DNA of 64,000 nt. Source: an uncultured delta proteobacterium. GTDB lineage: Bacteria; Myxococcota_A; Polyangia; Polyangiales; Polyangiaceae. Made by a program: the position numbers and the translations under genes. The notes under the pieces are model-generated. The model saw only the letters and a list, made by a program, of their open reading frames with translations. It had not been told where the DNA came from and did no database searches. This document shows, in pieces, positions 1-9,718 of this stretch. Each line of letters opens with the position of its first letter. Positions within the stretch are counted from its first letter, which is position 1. The stretch lies in contig CAWAIF010000003.1 of assembly GCA_963782055.1 (NCBI GenBank), forward strand, positions 2,144,001 to 2,208,000, given 5' to 3'.

Positions 1-1301
1 GGGACAACGACAGCGCGGTGGTCCTGGGGTCCATCCTCTCCCTCAAGGGCACCAACCAGAGCTCCGGCGTGGCCGAGATCAACAGCGTGGAGCTCGCCAT
101 GGGCGACTTCACCAACTCGGTCGTCGGGCTCCCCGGCGGTACGGGCGACAAGCCGCGGCCGCTCGTCGTCGTCTCGTGCGACGACTCCTCCGACAACGAC
201 ACCGCCGTCCGCTCGGCCAATCACCTGGTGGACGTCGGTGTGCCGGCGATCATCGGGCCGGACTCCAGCGGACTGGTCACCGCCGTCATCAACAGCGTCA
301 CCATCCCGGCGAAGGTGCTGCTCATCAGCCCCGCGGCCACCAGCGCCACGCTGACGGGCGTCAGCCCGTACTTCTGGCGCACCTCGCCCTCCGACACCAT
401 CCAGGCGGTGCCGATCCGCTTCTCGGTGAACGAGCTGGAGACCGCCTTCAAGGCGCAGCACAACGTCTCGCAGGTGAAGCTCGCCATCCTCTACAAGGAC
501 GACGCCTACGGCAACGGCCTCTTCGGCAGCGTGACGCAGAACCTGACGCTCAACGGCAAGGCCGTGAGCAATCCGTCCAACGCGGGCGCCTTCCTGCCGC
601 TGCAGTACAAGTCCGACGGCTCCAACCTCCCCGACGTCGTGGCGAGCGTCCTCCAGTTCGAGCCGAGCATCATCGCCGTCTTCGGGACCAACGAGGGGAT
701 CACCGGGGTCGTCGACCCGGTGGAGCAGGCGTGGGGCGCGCTCTCCGGCAGCCCGCCGCTTCCCCTCTACATGCTCTCCGATGGCGGCGAGGTGACCGAG
801 CTGACCGACGCGTGCGCCACCAGCACCGCCGGCTTGCGCACGCGCGTGCGCGGCACGGTGCCGGGCACCAACAACGCGCTGTTCCAGGCGTTCAGTCTCC
901 GCTACCAGGGCAAGTTCGGCAGCCCCGCCTCGGTGTTCGGCATGGCCGGCTCCTACGACTCCCTCTACCTGCTCGCCTACGCCATCACCTCCCTCGGCAC
1001 CGCGCCGGTGGACGGCACCGGCGTCTCCCAGGGCATGGCCAAGATGGTCGGCGGCGGCCCCATCGACGTCGGCCCCAGCACCATCAAGACGGCCTTCCAG
1101 GCGCTGGGCAGCGGCAACGCCATCGACATCAACGGGGCGTCCGGCCCGCTGGACTTCGACCTCACCGCCCACGAGGCGCCGAGCGACATCGACGTCTGGT
1201 GCGTGGGGCTGGACGGCTCGAGCAACCCGGTCTTCGTCTCCTCCGGCCGCGCCTACGACTCGCAGACCGGCCAGATGACCGGCACCTTCAAGTGTCCGTG
1301 A
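1..1301 (+). CDS. Branched-chain amino acid ABC-type (LivJ/Peripla_BP_6) substrate-binding protein, 5' truncated by window edge
   Basis: Frame open from the window start. Contains AIIGPDSS, LLISPAATS, FWRTSPSD and INGASGPLDFD, typical of type I periplasmic binding proteins. Highly similar to the next gene. Confidence 0.85.
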   Translation, partial: DNDSAVVLGSILSLKGTNQSSGVAEINSVELAMGDFTNSVVGLPGGTGDKPRPLVVVSCDDSSDNDTAVRSANHLVDVGVPAIIGPDSSGLVTAVINSVTIPAKVLLISPAATSATLTGVSPYFWRTSPSDTIQAVPIRFSVNELETAFKAQHNVSQVKLAILYKDDAYGNGLFGSVTQNLTLNGKAVSNPSNAGAFLPLQYKSDGSNLPDVVASVLQFEPSIIAVFGTNEGITGVVDPVEQAWGALSGSPPLPLYMLSDGGEVTELTDACATSTAGLRTRVRGTVPGTNNALFQAFSLRYQGKFGSPASVFGMAGSYDSLYLLAYAITSLGTAPVDGTGVSQGMAKMVGGGPIDVGPSTIKTAFQALGSGNAIDINGASGPLDFDLTAHEAPSDIDVWCVGLDGSSNPVFVSSGRAYDSQTGQMTGTFKCP

Positions 1302-1329
1302 CGCGCGCCCGGCGTGTTAGTCTGCCACC

Positions 1330-2925
1330 ATGGCTTCGCCTGGTTCGCGCGTCTTGCGCGCGCTGGCGCTCGTCGCTCTGGCGACCGTCTGCGCCTGTTC
1401 CGTCATCGTCTCCGGCGCGGAGGAGCAGTGCCACACCGACGCGGACTGCGCCGCGCGCGGGTTCCCCGCCACCACGACCTGCAGCCCCGACAGCGTGTGC
1501 GTCGCGCCGGGCGGGTCGTGCACGACCAACGCCGAATGCATCGCGCAGGCGGGCAACCAGCCGGCGATCTGCCGCAAGTCGGACCACACCTGCGCGCCCC
1601 TCCTCTCGGAGGATTGCCCGAAGGTCTACGGCGACCCCTCCGACGACAACGCCATCGTCCTCGGCAGCATCTTCACCCTCAAGGGGGTGAACACCTCCTC
1701 CGGCGTGGCGCGCACCAACAGCGTGGAGCTCGCGGCGAGCGAGTTCCAGCAGACGGTCGTCGGGGTGCCCGGCGGCGCCGGCGACAAACCGCGCCCCCTC
1801 GTCTTCGTCGAGTGTGACGACTCCTCCGACAACACCGTCGCCACGCGCGCGGCCAACCACCTCGTCGACGTGGGCGTGCCCGCCGTCATCGGGCCCGGGG
1901 GCAGCGGCATCGTGACGGCGGTCGCGCAGGACGCCACCATCCCCGCCGGGATGTTCCTCATCTCGCCCTCCGCCACCAGCACCTCGCTCAGCGCCTTCAA
2001 CGATCTGGTCTGGCGGACGGCGCCGTCGGACGTGGTGCAGGCCATCGCCCTGCGCGATCAGGTGAGCGCGCTGGAGACCAAGTTCAAGGCGGACAACGCC
2101 GTCAAGGCGGTGAAGCTGGACGTCGTCTACCAGAACAACGCGTACGGCACCGGGCTGCTCGACGCCGTGAGCAAGGGCCTCACGATCAACGGCCTGCCGC
2201 TGACCGACCCCGGCAACGCCGGCTTCTTCAACCCCTACTCCTACGACGCGACGGCGCTCGACCCCAGCGCCGCGGCGGGCAACGTGCTGACAGACACGCC
2301 CAGCATCATCGTGCTGTTCGGTACCTCGGAGATCATCACCAAGCTGCTGACGCCGGTCGAGCAGAACTGGCCGGCGCAGACGCCGCGGCCGCTCTACCTC
2401 ATCGCCGACGCGGGGCGGAAGCAGGAGCTGCTCGACGCCGTCAACGGCAACGACGCCCTGCGCGCGCGCGTGCGCGGCACGGTGCCCGGCACCAGCAACC
2501 CGCTCTTCAGCGCCTTCAGCCTGCGCTACCAGGGCCAGTTCGGCTCCACCGCCGCCGTCTTCGGCATGGCGGGCGCCTACGACTCGGTCTACCTCCTCGC
2601 CTACGCCATCACCTCGCTCGGCACCGCACCGGTGACGGGCGCGGCCATCGCCGGCGCCATGTCCAAGATGGTGGGCGGCGCCAAGACCGACGTCGGGCCC
2701 GCCGGCATCAAGGACGCGCTCCAGGTCCTGCAGAGCGGCAACGCGATCGACATCAACGGGGCCTCCGGGCCGCTGGACTTCGACCTCTCGGCGCACGAGG
2801 CCGTCAGCGACATCGACGTGTGGTGCATCTCCAAGGATGGAACGGGCAGCCCGGTGTTTGCTTCGTCGGGGCGGTTCTATGATTCGAGCGGGCAGGTGAT
2901 GTCGGGGAGCTTCACCTGCCCCTGA
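1330..2925 (+). CDS. LivJ-like substrate-binding lipoprotein with N-terminal Cys-rich domain (tandem paralog)
   Basis: Signal peptide/lipobox (VCAC), Cys-rich segment (CHTDADC, CTTNAEC), then VIGPGGS, VWRTAPSD and INGASGPLDFD. Confidence 0.85.
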   Translation: MASPGSRVLRALALVALATVCACSVIVSGAEEQCHTDADCAARGFPATTTCSPDSVCVAPGGSCTTNAECIAQAGNQPAICRKSDHTCAPLLSEDCPKVYGDPSDDNAIVLGSIFTLKGVNTSSGVARTNSVELAASEFQQTVVGVPGGAGDKPRPLVFVECDDSSDNTVATRAANHLVDVGVPAVIGPGGSGIVTAVAQDATIPAGMFLISPSATSTSLSAFNDLVWRTAPSDVVQAIALRDQVSALETKFKADNAVKAVKLDVVYQNNAYGTGLLDAVSKGLTINGLPLTDPGNAGFFNPYSYDATALDPSAAAGNVLTDTPSIIVLFGTSEIITKLLTPVEQNWPAQTPRPLYLIADAGRKQELLDAVNGNDALRARVRGTVPGTSNPLFSAFSLRYQGQFGSTAAVFGMAGAYDSVYLLAYAITSLGTAPVTGAAIAGAMSKMVGGAKTDVGPAGIKDALQVLQSGNAIDINGASGPLDFDLSAHEAVSDIDVWCISKDGTGSPVFASSGRFYDSSGQVMSGSFTCP

Positions 2926-2957
2926 AGAGGGGGAGTGACGAGCCTGGCCGGTGAGGG

Positions 2958-3527
2958 TCACAGGCAGAGGGCGTCGTGGGTGCCCGGGGCCGTGCACGCG
3001 GGGGCAACGAAGGTGCCGCTGACGGTGTCCAGCTCGTTGCTCTTGGCGAACGTCAAGGTGAAGGAGCCCTCGATGGACGTCGCGCTCACCCGGGCGATGG
3101 TGACCGTCCCCTGCTCGGCGAGCTCGTAGTAGTCGAGGGGATGGCAGCCGTCGACAATCTCCATGGCGCCGGAGATGCCGGCGGTCTGGGCATCGAAGGT
3201 GCCGACGGTGGGGACCGTGGCGAAGCGGAGGATGACCTGCTTGCTGTCCTTCGGGACGGTGCCGGGATAGCCGAGGTCGCAGAGGCCGGTGTGATCGCTG
3301 ATGACGAGCCAGCCGCCGTTGCCGTAGCCGGGAAACCAGCCCGCCTCCTGCGCATCGACCGCGACGCCGTCGAAGAAGGTGCCGGTGACGGAGGTCGAGG
3401 GGGTCTCGGTGACGTCGGCGGTCCCGGCGTCCGGCTGCGCGGTCTGCCCCGGCTGCGCGATGCCGCCGCAGGCCTGCAGCAGGACCACACCCGTTGCGGC
3501 GAAGAGGACGTGAGCGGATCTCGACAT
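2958..3527 (-). CDS. Hypothetical lipoprotein
   Basis: ATG at 3527 gives MSRSAHVLFAATGVVLLQAC lipobox, followed by a beta-rich domain ending GTFVAPAC. Confidence 0.7.
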   Translation of the reverse strand: MSRSAHVLFAATGVVLLQACGGIAQPGQTAQPDAGTADVTETPSTSVTGTFFDGVAVDAQEAGWFPGYGNGGWLVISDHTGLCDLGYPGTVPKDSKQVILRFATVPTVGTFDAQTAGISGAMEIVDGCHPLDYYELAEQGTVTIARVSATSIEGSFTLTFAKSNELDTVSGTFVAPACTAPGTHDALCL

Positions 3528-3640
3528 GGCGCCGGCCACAGCAATTGTCGGGCCATGCCACGAGCTGCGTACTGTCGCGATCCGTGGCGCGTGACCCCCT
3601 GATCGGGCGATCCTGCTGCCGAGGCCGCATCGCCGGGGCA

Positions 3641-3668
3641 GGAAACCTTCGGGCGCGGCGTATGTCGA
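3641..3668 (+). promoter_or_regulatory. Possible ECF-sigma promoter (GAAAC-N17-GTC)
   Basis: GGAAAC at 3641-3646, 17-nt spacer, GTCGA at 3664-3668, just upstream of ATG 3677. Confidence 0.3.
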
Positions 3669-4171
3669 TCCCGGGTATGCGCGCTCTGCTTCTCGCACCC
3701 GTCGTCGTGGTGGCCGCCGCGTGTCACTCCCGGCCGGAGATGGCTGCCGTCGACGCCGCGCCGCGCGCGCCGGCGTCGGCGTCCGTCGCGGCCGCCTCGA
3801 GCGCGACGCCGGATGCCGCGGCGGCCGCGCCGGCCGGCGACGCGGCGACCTCCGACGCGACGGTTGTGTCGACCGGCACCTGCTCCCTCTCCAGAGAGGA
3901 GCGCGCCGCGCTGGAGGGCTGTCTCTGGGACCTCGTCAAGTACCGGGTCGGCATCCGCGGATCGTTCCGCATCCACGTGAAGATGACGCGGGATGCGGGC
4001 GGCGCGGCGCGGGCGTCGTCGCGGGTCGATCAGGAGCGGTGGCGCGAGGCGCCCGCGGGGACGTGCCTCGCCGACCTGGCGAGGTCGTTCGACGTGGATG
4101 CGGGGAAGGGGCTGCCGTGCGCCTGGGTGGGGACGGGCCCTTATCCGGTGTGGAAGGTGTCGGACGAGTAG
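3662..4171 (+). CDS. Hypothetical lipoprotein (alternative start 3677)
   Basis: MRALLLAPVVVVAAAC lipobox, Ala/Pro/Asp linker, small Cys-containing C-terminal domain. Confidence 0.6.
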   Translation: MSIPGMRALLLAPVVVVAAACHSRPEMAAVDAAPRAPASASVAAASSATPDAAAAAPAGDAATSDATVVSTGTCSLSREERAALEGCLWDLVKYRVGIRGSFRIHVKMTRDAGGAARASSRVDQERWREAPAGTCLADLARSFDVDAGKGLPCAWVGTGPYPVWKVSDE

Positions 4172-4201
4172 GAGAGGGCAGGCAGACGCGAGGGCGCGCG
4201 C

Positions 4202-5149
4202 TCAGAACTTGCCGGTCACCCAGGCGCCGGCGGGGCCCACCACCAGCTTCGCCGAGGCCGCCGGCGGGGGCGGGGTCTTGTCGTCGGCCTGGGGCTTGGC
4301 CGTGAGCGTCAAGACGAGCGAGACGCCGGCCGCGACCGCGGTGCAGCCCCACAGCACGTCGGAGATCGCCGCGACCACCTTCGGCGGGTTGCCCTCGTCC
4401 GGGGCGTGCACGCTGCTGGCGTAGTCGCCGGCCATCGCCAGGGCGACGCCACCCATCACGCCCGCGGCGACGCCCAGACCGCCGGTGATGCCCCACGCCA
4501 CCCAGGGGATGCGCCGGTGGGTGACGGGCGGCGGCGGTGTGACCGGAACAATCGCCTTCTTCAGGTCGGGGAGGTTGAAGTCCACCGTCGTGGTGTCGCC
4601 GCCGGCGACCTCGACCACCTTCTCCTCCGGCGTGCGGCCGGTCATCGAGATGGAGATCTTGCGGCGGCCCTGGCTCACCGTCAGCGGCTTGTCCAGCGGC
4701 GACGTGCCGACCTTCTCGTCGTCCACCAGGATGTCGGCGCCGTCGACGTTGACGTGGACGGTCACCTGCGCGACGCGCCCCTCGAGCTTCTTGATCTCCT
4801 TGTCGCAGTACTTGCGGCGGTCCTTGGCGATGTTGTTGCCGCCCTCGTCCAGGTACTGGCGGAAGGAGTCCAGGGCGCCGGCGTAGTCCTGCACCTGATA
4901 GTACGCCTGCGCCACGTTGAAGAGCACGTGGTAGTCGGTGGAGATCTCGTAGGCGCGCTTGAACTCGATGAGGGCGTTGGCGAAGTCGTTCTCGTCGTAG
5001 AGCTCCACGGCCTTGGAGAAGTGGGGCATCGCCTCCTCGATCTGCTGCTTGGTGGGGGGCGCGGCGTGGGCGGTGCCGGGGAGGAGCGCCAGCGAGCCGG
5101 CGATGGCGGCGGCGCAGAGGGCGGGGGCGAGGAGGCGGGACGCGGACAT
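4202..5149 (-). CDS. TPR + PEGA domain protein with C-terminal membrane segments
   Basis: Signal peptide, TPR-like helices (FANALIEFKRAY, VLFNVAQAY), PEGA signature VNVDGADILVDDEKVGTSPL, hydrophobic C-terminus. Confidence 0.85.
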   Translation of the reverse strand: MSASRLLAPALCAAAIAGSLALLPGTAHAAPPTKQQIEEAMPHFSKAVELYDENDFANALIEFKRAYEISTDYHVLFNVAQAYYQVQDYAGALDSFRQYLDEGGNNIAKDRRKYCDKEIKKLEGRVAQVTVHVNVDGADILVDDEKVGTSPLDKPLTVSQGRRKISISMTGRTPEEKVVEVAGGDTTTVDFNLPDLKKAIVPVTPPPPVTHRRIPWVAWGITGGLGVAAGVMGGVALAMAGDYASSVHAPDEGNPPKVVAAISDVLWGCTAVAAGVSLVLTLTAKPQADDKTPPPPAASAKLVVGPAGAWVTGKF

Positions 5150-5370
5150 CTGGGGGACAGGATAGGACGGAATGGGGGCGAGGGGGGACCCCTCCTGGCT
5201 TTTGCCCGGGCCCCTGCTCGCGGGGGCCTTCATCTCGACCGACGAGGCGGGCAACGTGACGTGGACGATCGTGCAGCAGGTGTCGGGCGCGCGGCGACTG
5301 AAATAGTCCGCCGACGCGCGATCTTCGCCGGCGATCCAAGCTCGTGCTCGCGCCTGCGTCCCATCCGGAG

Positions 5371-5607
5371 ATGCGACTCGACACGATCGACGACTGCGCG
5401 CGAGATGCCCGCTGGCGAGTGCGACGCGTGGTGTGGTTCTTCCAGGCGCTGACCGTCGTCGCGCTCCTCGCCGGCGTCTGGGTCGACGCGCAGCCCCGGC
5501 GACCGCGCCTGGATTGCCACACCTTCGTCGGTCAGACCTACTCGCACTACCCACACCCGTACGGCCTGCCGCCACCGGTCTCGTGGACGAGGTGCGTCTG
5601 GCGCTGA
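5371..5607 (+). CDS. Small hypothetical membrane protein
   Basis: 78-aa ORF with one TM segment (VVWFFQALTVVALLAGVWV) and two Cys in the C-terminal part. Confidence 0.45.
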   Translation: MRLDTIDDCARDARWRVRRVVWFFQALTVVALLAGVWVDAQPRRPRLDCHTFVGQTYSHYPHPYGLPPPVSWTRCVWR

Positions 5608-5730
5608 GAAGCTCCGGCCGAGCCCTTCAACGACAGCGACGAGGCCGGATCGGCCGAGTCATCTCCCGCGCGTCCCGCTCGTCAGGAGGGTCCTGCCCCC
5701 CTCTTCGGCCCCTCTGCACCCCGCGGAGGG

Positions 5731-5940
5731 TCACCGCTTCCCGTTCACCTGCTGGCACCTGTCCATGCACTCGATGTTGTCCACGCAGGCGGTCGCGCAG
5801 TCGTTGTACTTCCCCTTCTTGTTCTGGCACTTCGGGTCCCGCTCGCACTTCTGCGGATCGTTGGCGGCGGCGGTCTCCACCGCACCGCAGCCCATCACGG
5901 CGAGACACGCTGCGGCGACCACTGCGCGAAAGGGGATCAT
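5731..5940 (-). CDS. Small Cys-rich lipoprotein
   Basis: MIPFRAVVAAACLAVMGC lipobox; mature part carries 6 further Cys (CERDPKC, CATAC, CMDRC). GC-biased codon usage. Confidence 0.7.
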   Translation of the reverse strand: MIPFRAVVAAACLAVMGCGAVETAAANDPQKCERDPKCQNKKGKYNDCATACVDNIECMDRCQQVNGKR

Positions 5941-6034
5941 CTCAGCCACATTGTCGGCACCCGCTCGGGCGCCCGCAAGCCCTCACGTGCAACGCGCGTC
6001 CAGCGCACGCGGTGCACGCCTGGCGCAAGGGGCG

Positions 6035-7451
6035 TCATCCCGCCAACGCCGGCACCCGCCCGCCGCGCGTCAGCCAGACGAAGCGCCCGGCCAGGAGGAG
6101 CGCGATGGACACCAGGCCCGCCGTGAGGCCCCACCAGATGCCGACGGCGCCCCACCCCAGGCCGAAGGCGAGGCCGAGGCACACCGGCAGGCCGATCAGC
6201 CAGTAACAGCAGACGCCGGCGAGGAAGGTGAAGCGCACGTCGTTTGCCCCGCGCAGCGCGCCGGCGGCGACGCCCTGCACGCCGTCGAAGAGCTGGAAGA
6301 GGGCGGCGATGCGCAGCAGCTTCGCGCCCAGGGCGATGACCGCCTCGTCGTGGGTGAAGAGGCCGACGAGCTGCCTGGGGATCGTGGCGAAGGCGACGGC
6401 GCCGACGCACATGACGGCGGCGCCCATGCCGATGCCGAGCAGGCCGGAGGGGCGCGGCGAGGCGCCCTCGCCGACCGCCCGGCCCACGCGCACCGCCGTC
6501 GCCCCGCTCACGCCGAGCGCCCCCATGAAGGTGACGCTCGCCAGTCCGAGGGCGATCTCGGTGCGCGGCCACCACCGTGGGCCCGAGCCGGCCGGTGAGG
6601 AGCGTCGCCAGGGCGAAGACCCCGATCTCGGCGAGCATGTGCATGCCCACCGGCGCTCCGATGGCGAGCACGGTGCGCAGGTGCACGCGCGGGCCACGCT
6701 CAGCGGGCGCCACGGACCGCGCGGCGGAGAGGACGATGGCGGTGAGCACCACACCCCCCACGCTGGACGCCAGCCCCGCGCCGAACGCCCCCAGGTGCGG
6801 GAGGCCCAGGCGGGGCAGGTGCACGGCGGCCAGGGCGTCGTCCCCGCGCACGAGCACGTTGCACACCGCCACGTTGACCGCGTTGGCCAGGCCGGCCGCC
6901 ACGATCGCCGGGCGCGTGAGGCTGTGCGCCTGCAGGAAGGTCTTGCCCGCGAGGAAGACGCCGAAGAAGAAGAGGCCAGGCGCTTGACCCATCAAGTAAA
7001 GCTGCGCCTTGTGCGCGGTGTCCGCGGGCGTGCCCATGGGCACCAGCAGCAGGGTGAGCCCGTAGGCGGCGGCGACCGACGGCGCCCACAGCAGCGCGAG
7101 GGTCTTCAGCGTGGCGCCCAGCGCCGACCACGCGCGACCGGGCGCGCGCGCGCCGAGCGCCTGCGCGGCGAGGGGCTCGAGCGCCATCGCCATCCCGATG
7201 GAGAAGGTCTGCGCGGCGAAGGCCACGTTGCGCCCGAGCGCGGCGCCAGCCAGCTCCTGACCGGAGCTGCGCCCGAGGATGGCTGTGTCCACCAGGCTCA
7301 TGAGGACGAGTCCGACCTGGGCGATGGCGATGGGCCAGGCCAGGGTGGCGAGCGCCCGGAGCTCCGTCCCGGTGCCCGCGGAGGCGGGGAGGGGGGAGGT
7401 CACGGCCGTCATGGGAGCGGAGACGGCCGCCACCGCGCTCTCCTGACGCAC
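6035..7451 (-). pseudogene. MATE family efflux transporter with a 1-bp frameshift near 6559 (pseudogene or sequencing error)
   Basis: The N-terminal frame (LAWPIAIAQ, VDTAILGR) ends at VVAAH. The C-terminal frame resumes at IALGLAS...FDGVQGVAAGALRG...GIWWGL. Removing one base restores AAHQIA (or AAHEIA). Confidence 0.85.
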
Positions 7452-7602
7452 CGCGCCTACCCCCGCCCGCCCCGCCCACGCGCCACGCGTCTCATGGCTA
7501 GCATGCGTGCAATGCGACGTTTGGCAGGGAAATCCTGGAGGGGGGGCATGTCGGAGGGGCTCCTACCGTTTGTTCGGTAAGCAGTGGCTTTATGGTGAAT
7601 GT

Positions 7603-7629
7603 GGAACATTTTGTCTTCATCAAACGTCA
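7603..7629 (+). promoter_or_regulatory. Probable ECF-sigma promoter (GGAAC-N17-CGTCA)
   Basis: GGAAC at 7603-7607, 17-nt AT-rich spacer, CGTCA at 7625-7629, about 10 nt before ATG 7639, in a locally AT-rich intergenic stretch. Confidence 0.45.
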
Positions 7630-7638
7630 GAGAAGTCG

Positions 7639-7845
7639 ATGAGTGCGCTTCCCTTGACCCGCCGCACCCCGAAGCCCCCCGTGCCGCATCCCGACACCGT
7701 GGACTACGAGGGTATCGAAGAGCTGGACCGTCCCGAGCTGGACAGCATCCCCCCTCCGCCGATCCTTCCTGGCCTGGAGTGGGATGAAGCCGACGGCGAG
7801 AGCGGCGTCAAGCGGGTGCGCCCTCGCCAGAGCTCCACCGGCTGA
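7639..7845 (+). CDS. Small acidic Pro-rich hypothetical protein (68 aa)
   Basis: MSALPLTRRTPKPP...ESGVKRVRPRQSSTG. GC3-biased codons; sits downstream of a promoter-like motif. Confidence 0.55.
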   Translation: MSALPLTRRTPKPPVPHPDTVDYEGIEELDRPELDSIPPPPILPGLEWDEADGESGVKRVRPRQSSTG

Positions 7846-7863
7846 GGCCGGCGCGGGGCGCCC

Positions 7864-9567
7864 TCACTTCGCGGGGGGCGGAGGCGTGGTCTTGGCGATG
7901 GGGGGCCGCTCCCGCAGGCACTTGTCGAGGGCCGGCTGGAGCTTGGCGAAGCCGCGTGGCGCGCGCGGGCGACCCATGACGGGCACCCCGAAGCGCGACC
8001 AGTCCAGACCGCTGGGGGTGTAGCTGAGCCAGACGAACAGGGCGCGCCCCTTCATGTTGGCGAAGGGCACGCCGCCGCCCTGACCGCCCCACCACAGGCG
8101 CGAGTCGCGGCTGTTGTTGCGGTTGTCCCCCATCACGTACACCTCCCCCGGCTTGACGAAGAAGGGGCCCTGGTACTCGGCGAACACGCCGTTGATGCGG
8201 TCGTAGAAGGTCAGGTACGACTCGTCGCCGAGGTACTCGACGTACAGATCGCCCTCGTGGTGGGTGCCCGCCGGCTCGGTCGGCGGGTCGTCGTAGGCGT
8301 ACGGCCCGACGAGACACGAAGGCACCTCCCAGCCGTTGATGATGGGGTGGCCGCCGCGCGCCTCCAGCTTGTCGCCCGGCAGCGCGATGACGCGCTTGAT
8401 GAAGTCCTGCTCCATGTTCTCCGGGTACTGGAAGACCATCACGTCGCCGCGGTCGGGCGGCATCTTCGTCCAGATGCGCGCGCTGGTGTACGGGATCTCC
8501 GGGCCGTAGCTGAACTTGCTGACGAAGATGTGATCGCCCACCTGCAGGGTGGGGATCATCGAGCCGCTGGGGATCTTGAAGGCCTCCACCACGAAGGTCC
8601 GCAGCAGGAGCGCCACCGCCACGGCCACCAGGATGGACTCGACGTACTCGCGCGCCTCGCTCTTGCGCCAGCGGCCCAGGCGCACGTCCACCTCGCCGTC
8701 GGCGCGGCTCAGCGCGTCGACGAAGGCATCCTCGTCGAAGGGCAGCGCGCGCATCTGGTGGCGGAGCGCGTCCAGCTCGGCGTGGAGCTTGGTGCGCTCG
8801 GAGGAGGTCAGCTCGCGCTGCACGGGCTTCTCGTTGAGGCGCAGGATGAGGTCCGCCTCCTCCAGCAAGGCGACGGCGCGCTCGAAGAGGGGGCGCAGCT
8901 TGTCCGGGATGTCCGGCCGCAGCGGCGGGTAGGCGAAGCGCGCGAGCGGCAGCCGGCGGCGGATGGCGCCGAGGGCCATCTCCATCAGGGCGAAGGCGCC
9001 GATGCCGACGGGCACCGGCTGCTCGCGCACCGCGGACTGGATCCAACCCAGCACCCCGGTGTTCTCCACGCCGCTCGGCGGGGTGAGGCCCCACACCAGC
9101 ACGCACGCGAAGACGAAGGGCGTGATGGCGAACCAGAGCATCCAGTAGGCGACCCGCGCGGCGCGGGTGGCGGGCGTCGTCACCGGCGGCTCGATCTCCA
9201 CATCGCGCCGGCGCCTGCGGGCGCTGCTCCTCGCCGACGGCGCGTCCTTCGCATCCGCGGCGACGTGGCCATCCTCGGCGTCGGCGTCCTGGACAGCGGC
9301 GTCCTTCGAGGTGGCCTCGCCGTCGACAGCGGCGGGGTCCTTCGCGGCGTCGGCGTCCTTGCTGTCGGCGCTCGCCTTGCCGTCCGCGTCCTTGCCGTCG
9401 GCGCTCGCCTTGCCGTCCGCGTCCTTGCCGTCCGCGTCCTTCACGTCCGCGCCCTTCGCGTCCGCGCCGTCCCCGTGGTCGTCCCCTTCGCCCTCGTCAG
9501 GTTTGCTGGCCGCGCGGTCGTCTTCGGCGGCCGCCGCGGCGTCTTGTTTCTCGTCTGACTGGCTCAA
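7864..9567 (-). CDS. lepB: Signal peptidase I with long N-terminal extension
   Basis: FKIPSGSMIPTL (catalytic Ser), GDHIFVSKFSYG, DFIKRVIALPGD (catalytic Lys), VMGDNRNNSRDSR. Confidence 0.93.
   Translation of the reverse strand: MSQSDEKQDAAAAAEDDRAASKPDEGEGDDHGDGADAKGADVKDADGKDADGKASADGKDADGKASADSKDADAAKDPAAVDGEATSKDAAVQDADAEDGHVAADAKDAPSARSSARRRRRDVEIEPPVTTPATRAARVAYWMLWFAITPFVFACVLVWGLTPPSGVENTGVLGWIQSAVREQPVPVGIGAFALMEMALGAIRRRLPLARFAYPPLRPDIPDKLRPLFERAVALLEEADLILRLNEKPVQRELTSSERTKLHAELDALRHQMRALPFDEDAFVDALSRADGEVDVRLGRWRKSEAREYVESILVAVAVALLLRTFVVEAFKIPSGSMIPTLQVGDHIFVSKFSYGPEIPYTSARIWTKMPPDRGDVMVFQYPENMEQDFIKRVIALPGDKLEARGGHPIINGWEVPSCLVGPYAYDDPPTEPAGTHHEGDLYVEYLGDESYLTFYDRINGVFAEYQGPFFVKPGEVYVMGDNRNNSRDSRLWWGGQGGGVPFANMKGRALFVWLSYTPSGLDWSRFGVPVMGRPRAPRGFAKLQPALDKCLRERPPIAKTTPPPPAK
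9352..9440 (-). repeat. Intragenic 33-bp tandem repeat encoding DADGKASAD(G/S)K
   Basis: Repeated unit visible in both the DNA and the protein of the lepB N-terminal acidic region. Confidence 0.7.
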
Positions 9568-9718
9568 CGTGGATTCCGCAACGAGACACCCGGGCTATAG
9601 CCGCCAGCGTCCCTGGCCGCAACGTTTCCGCGCCGCCGCCGCTCCCGGCGCCGCGCGTTTCTGCCCCGCCGGCCGCCGATGAGCCGCCTCCGACGCCCCA
9701 CGCGCAGCGGAAGGCAAC

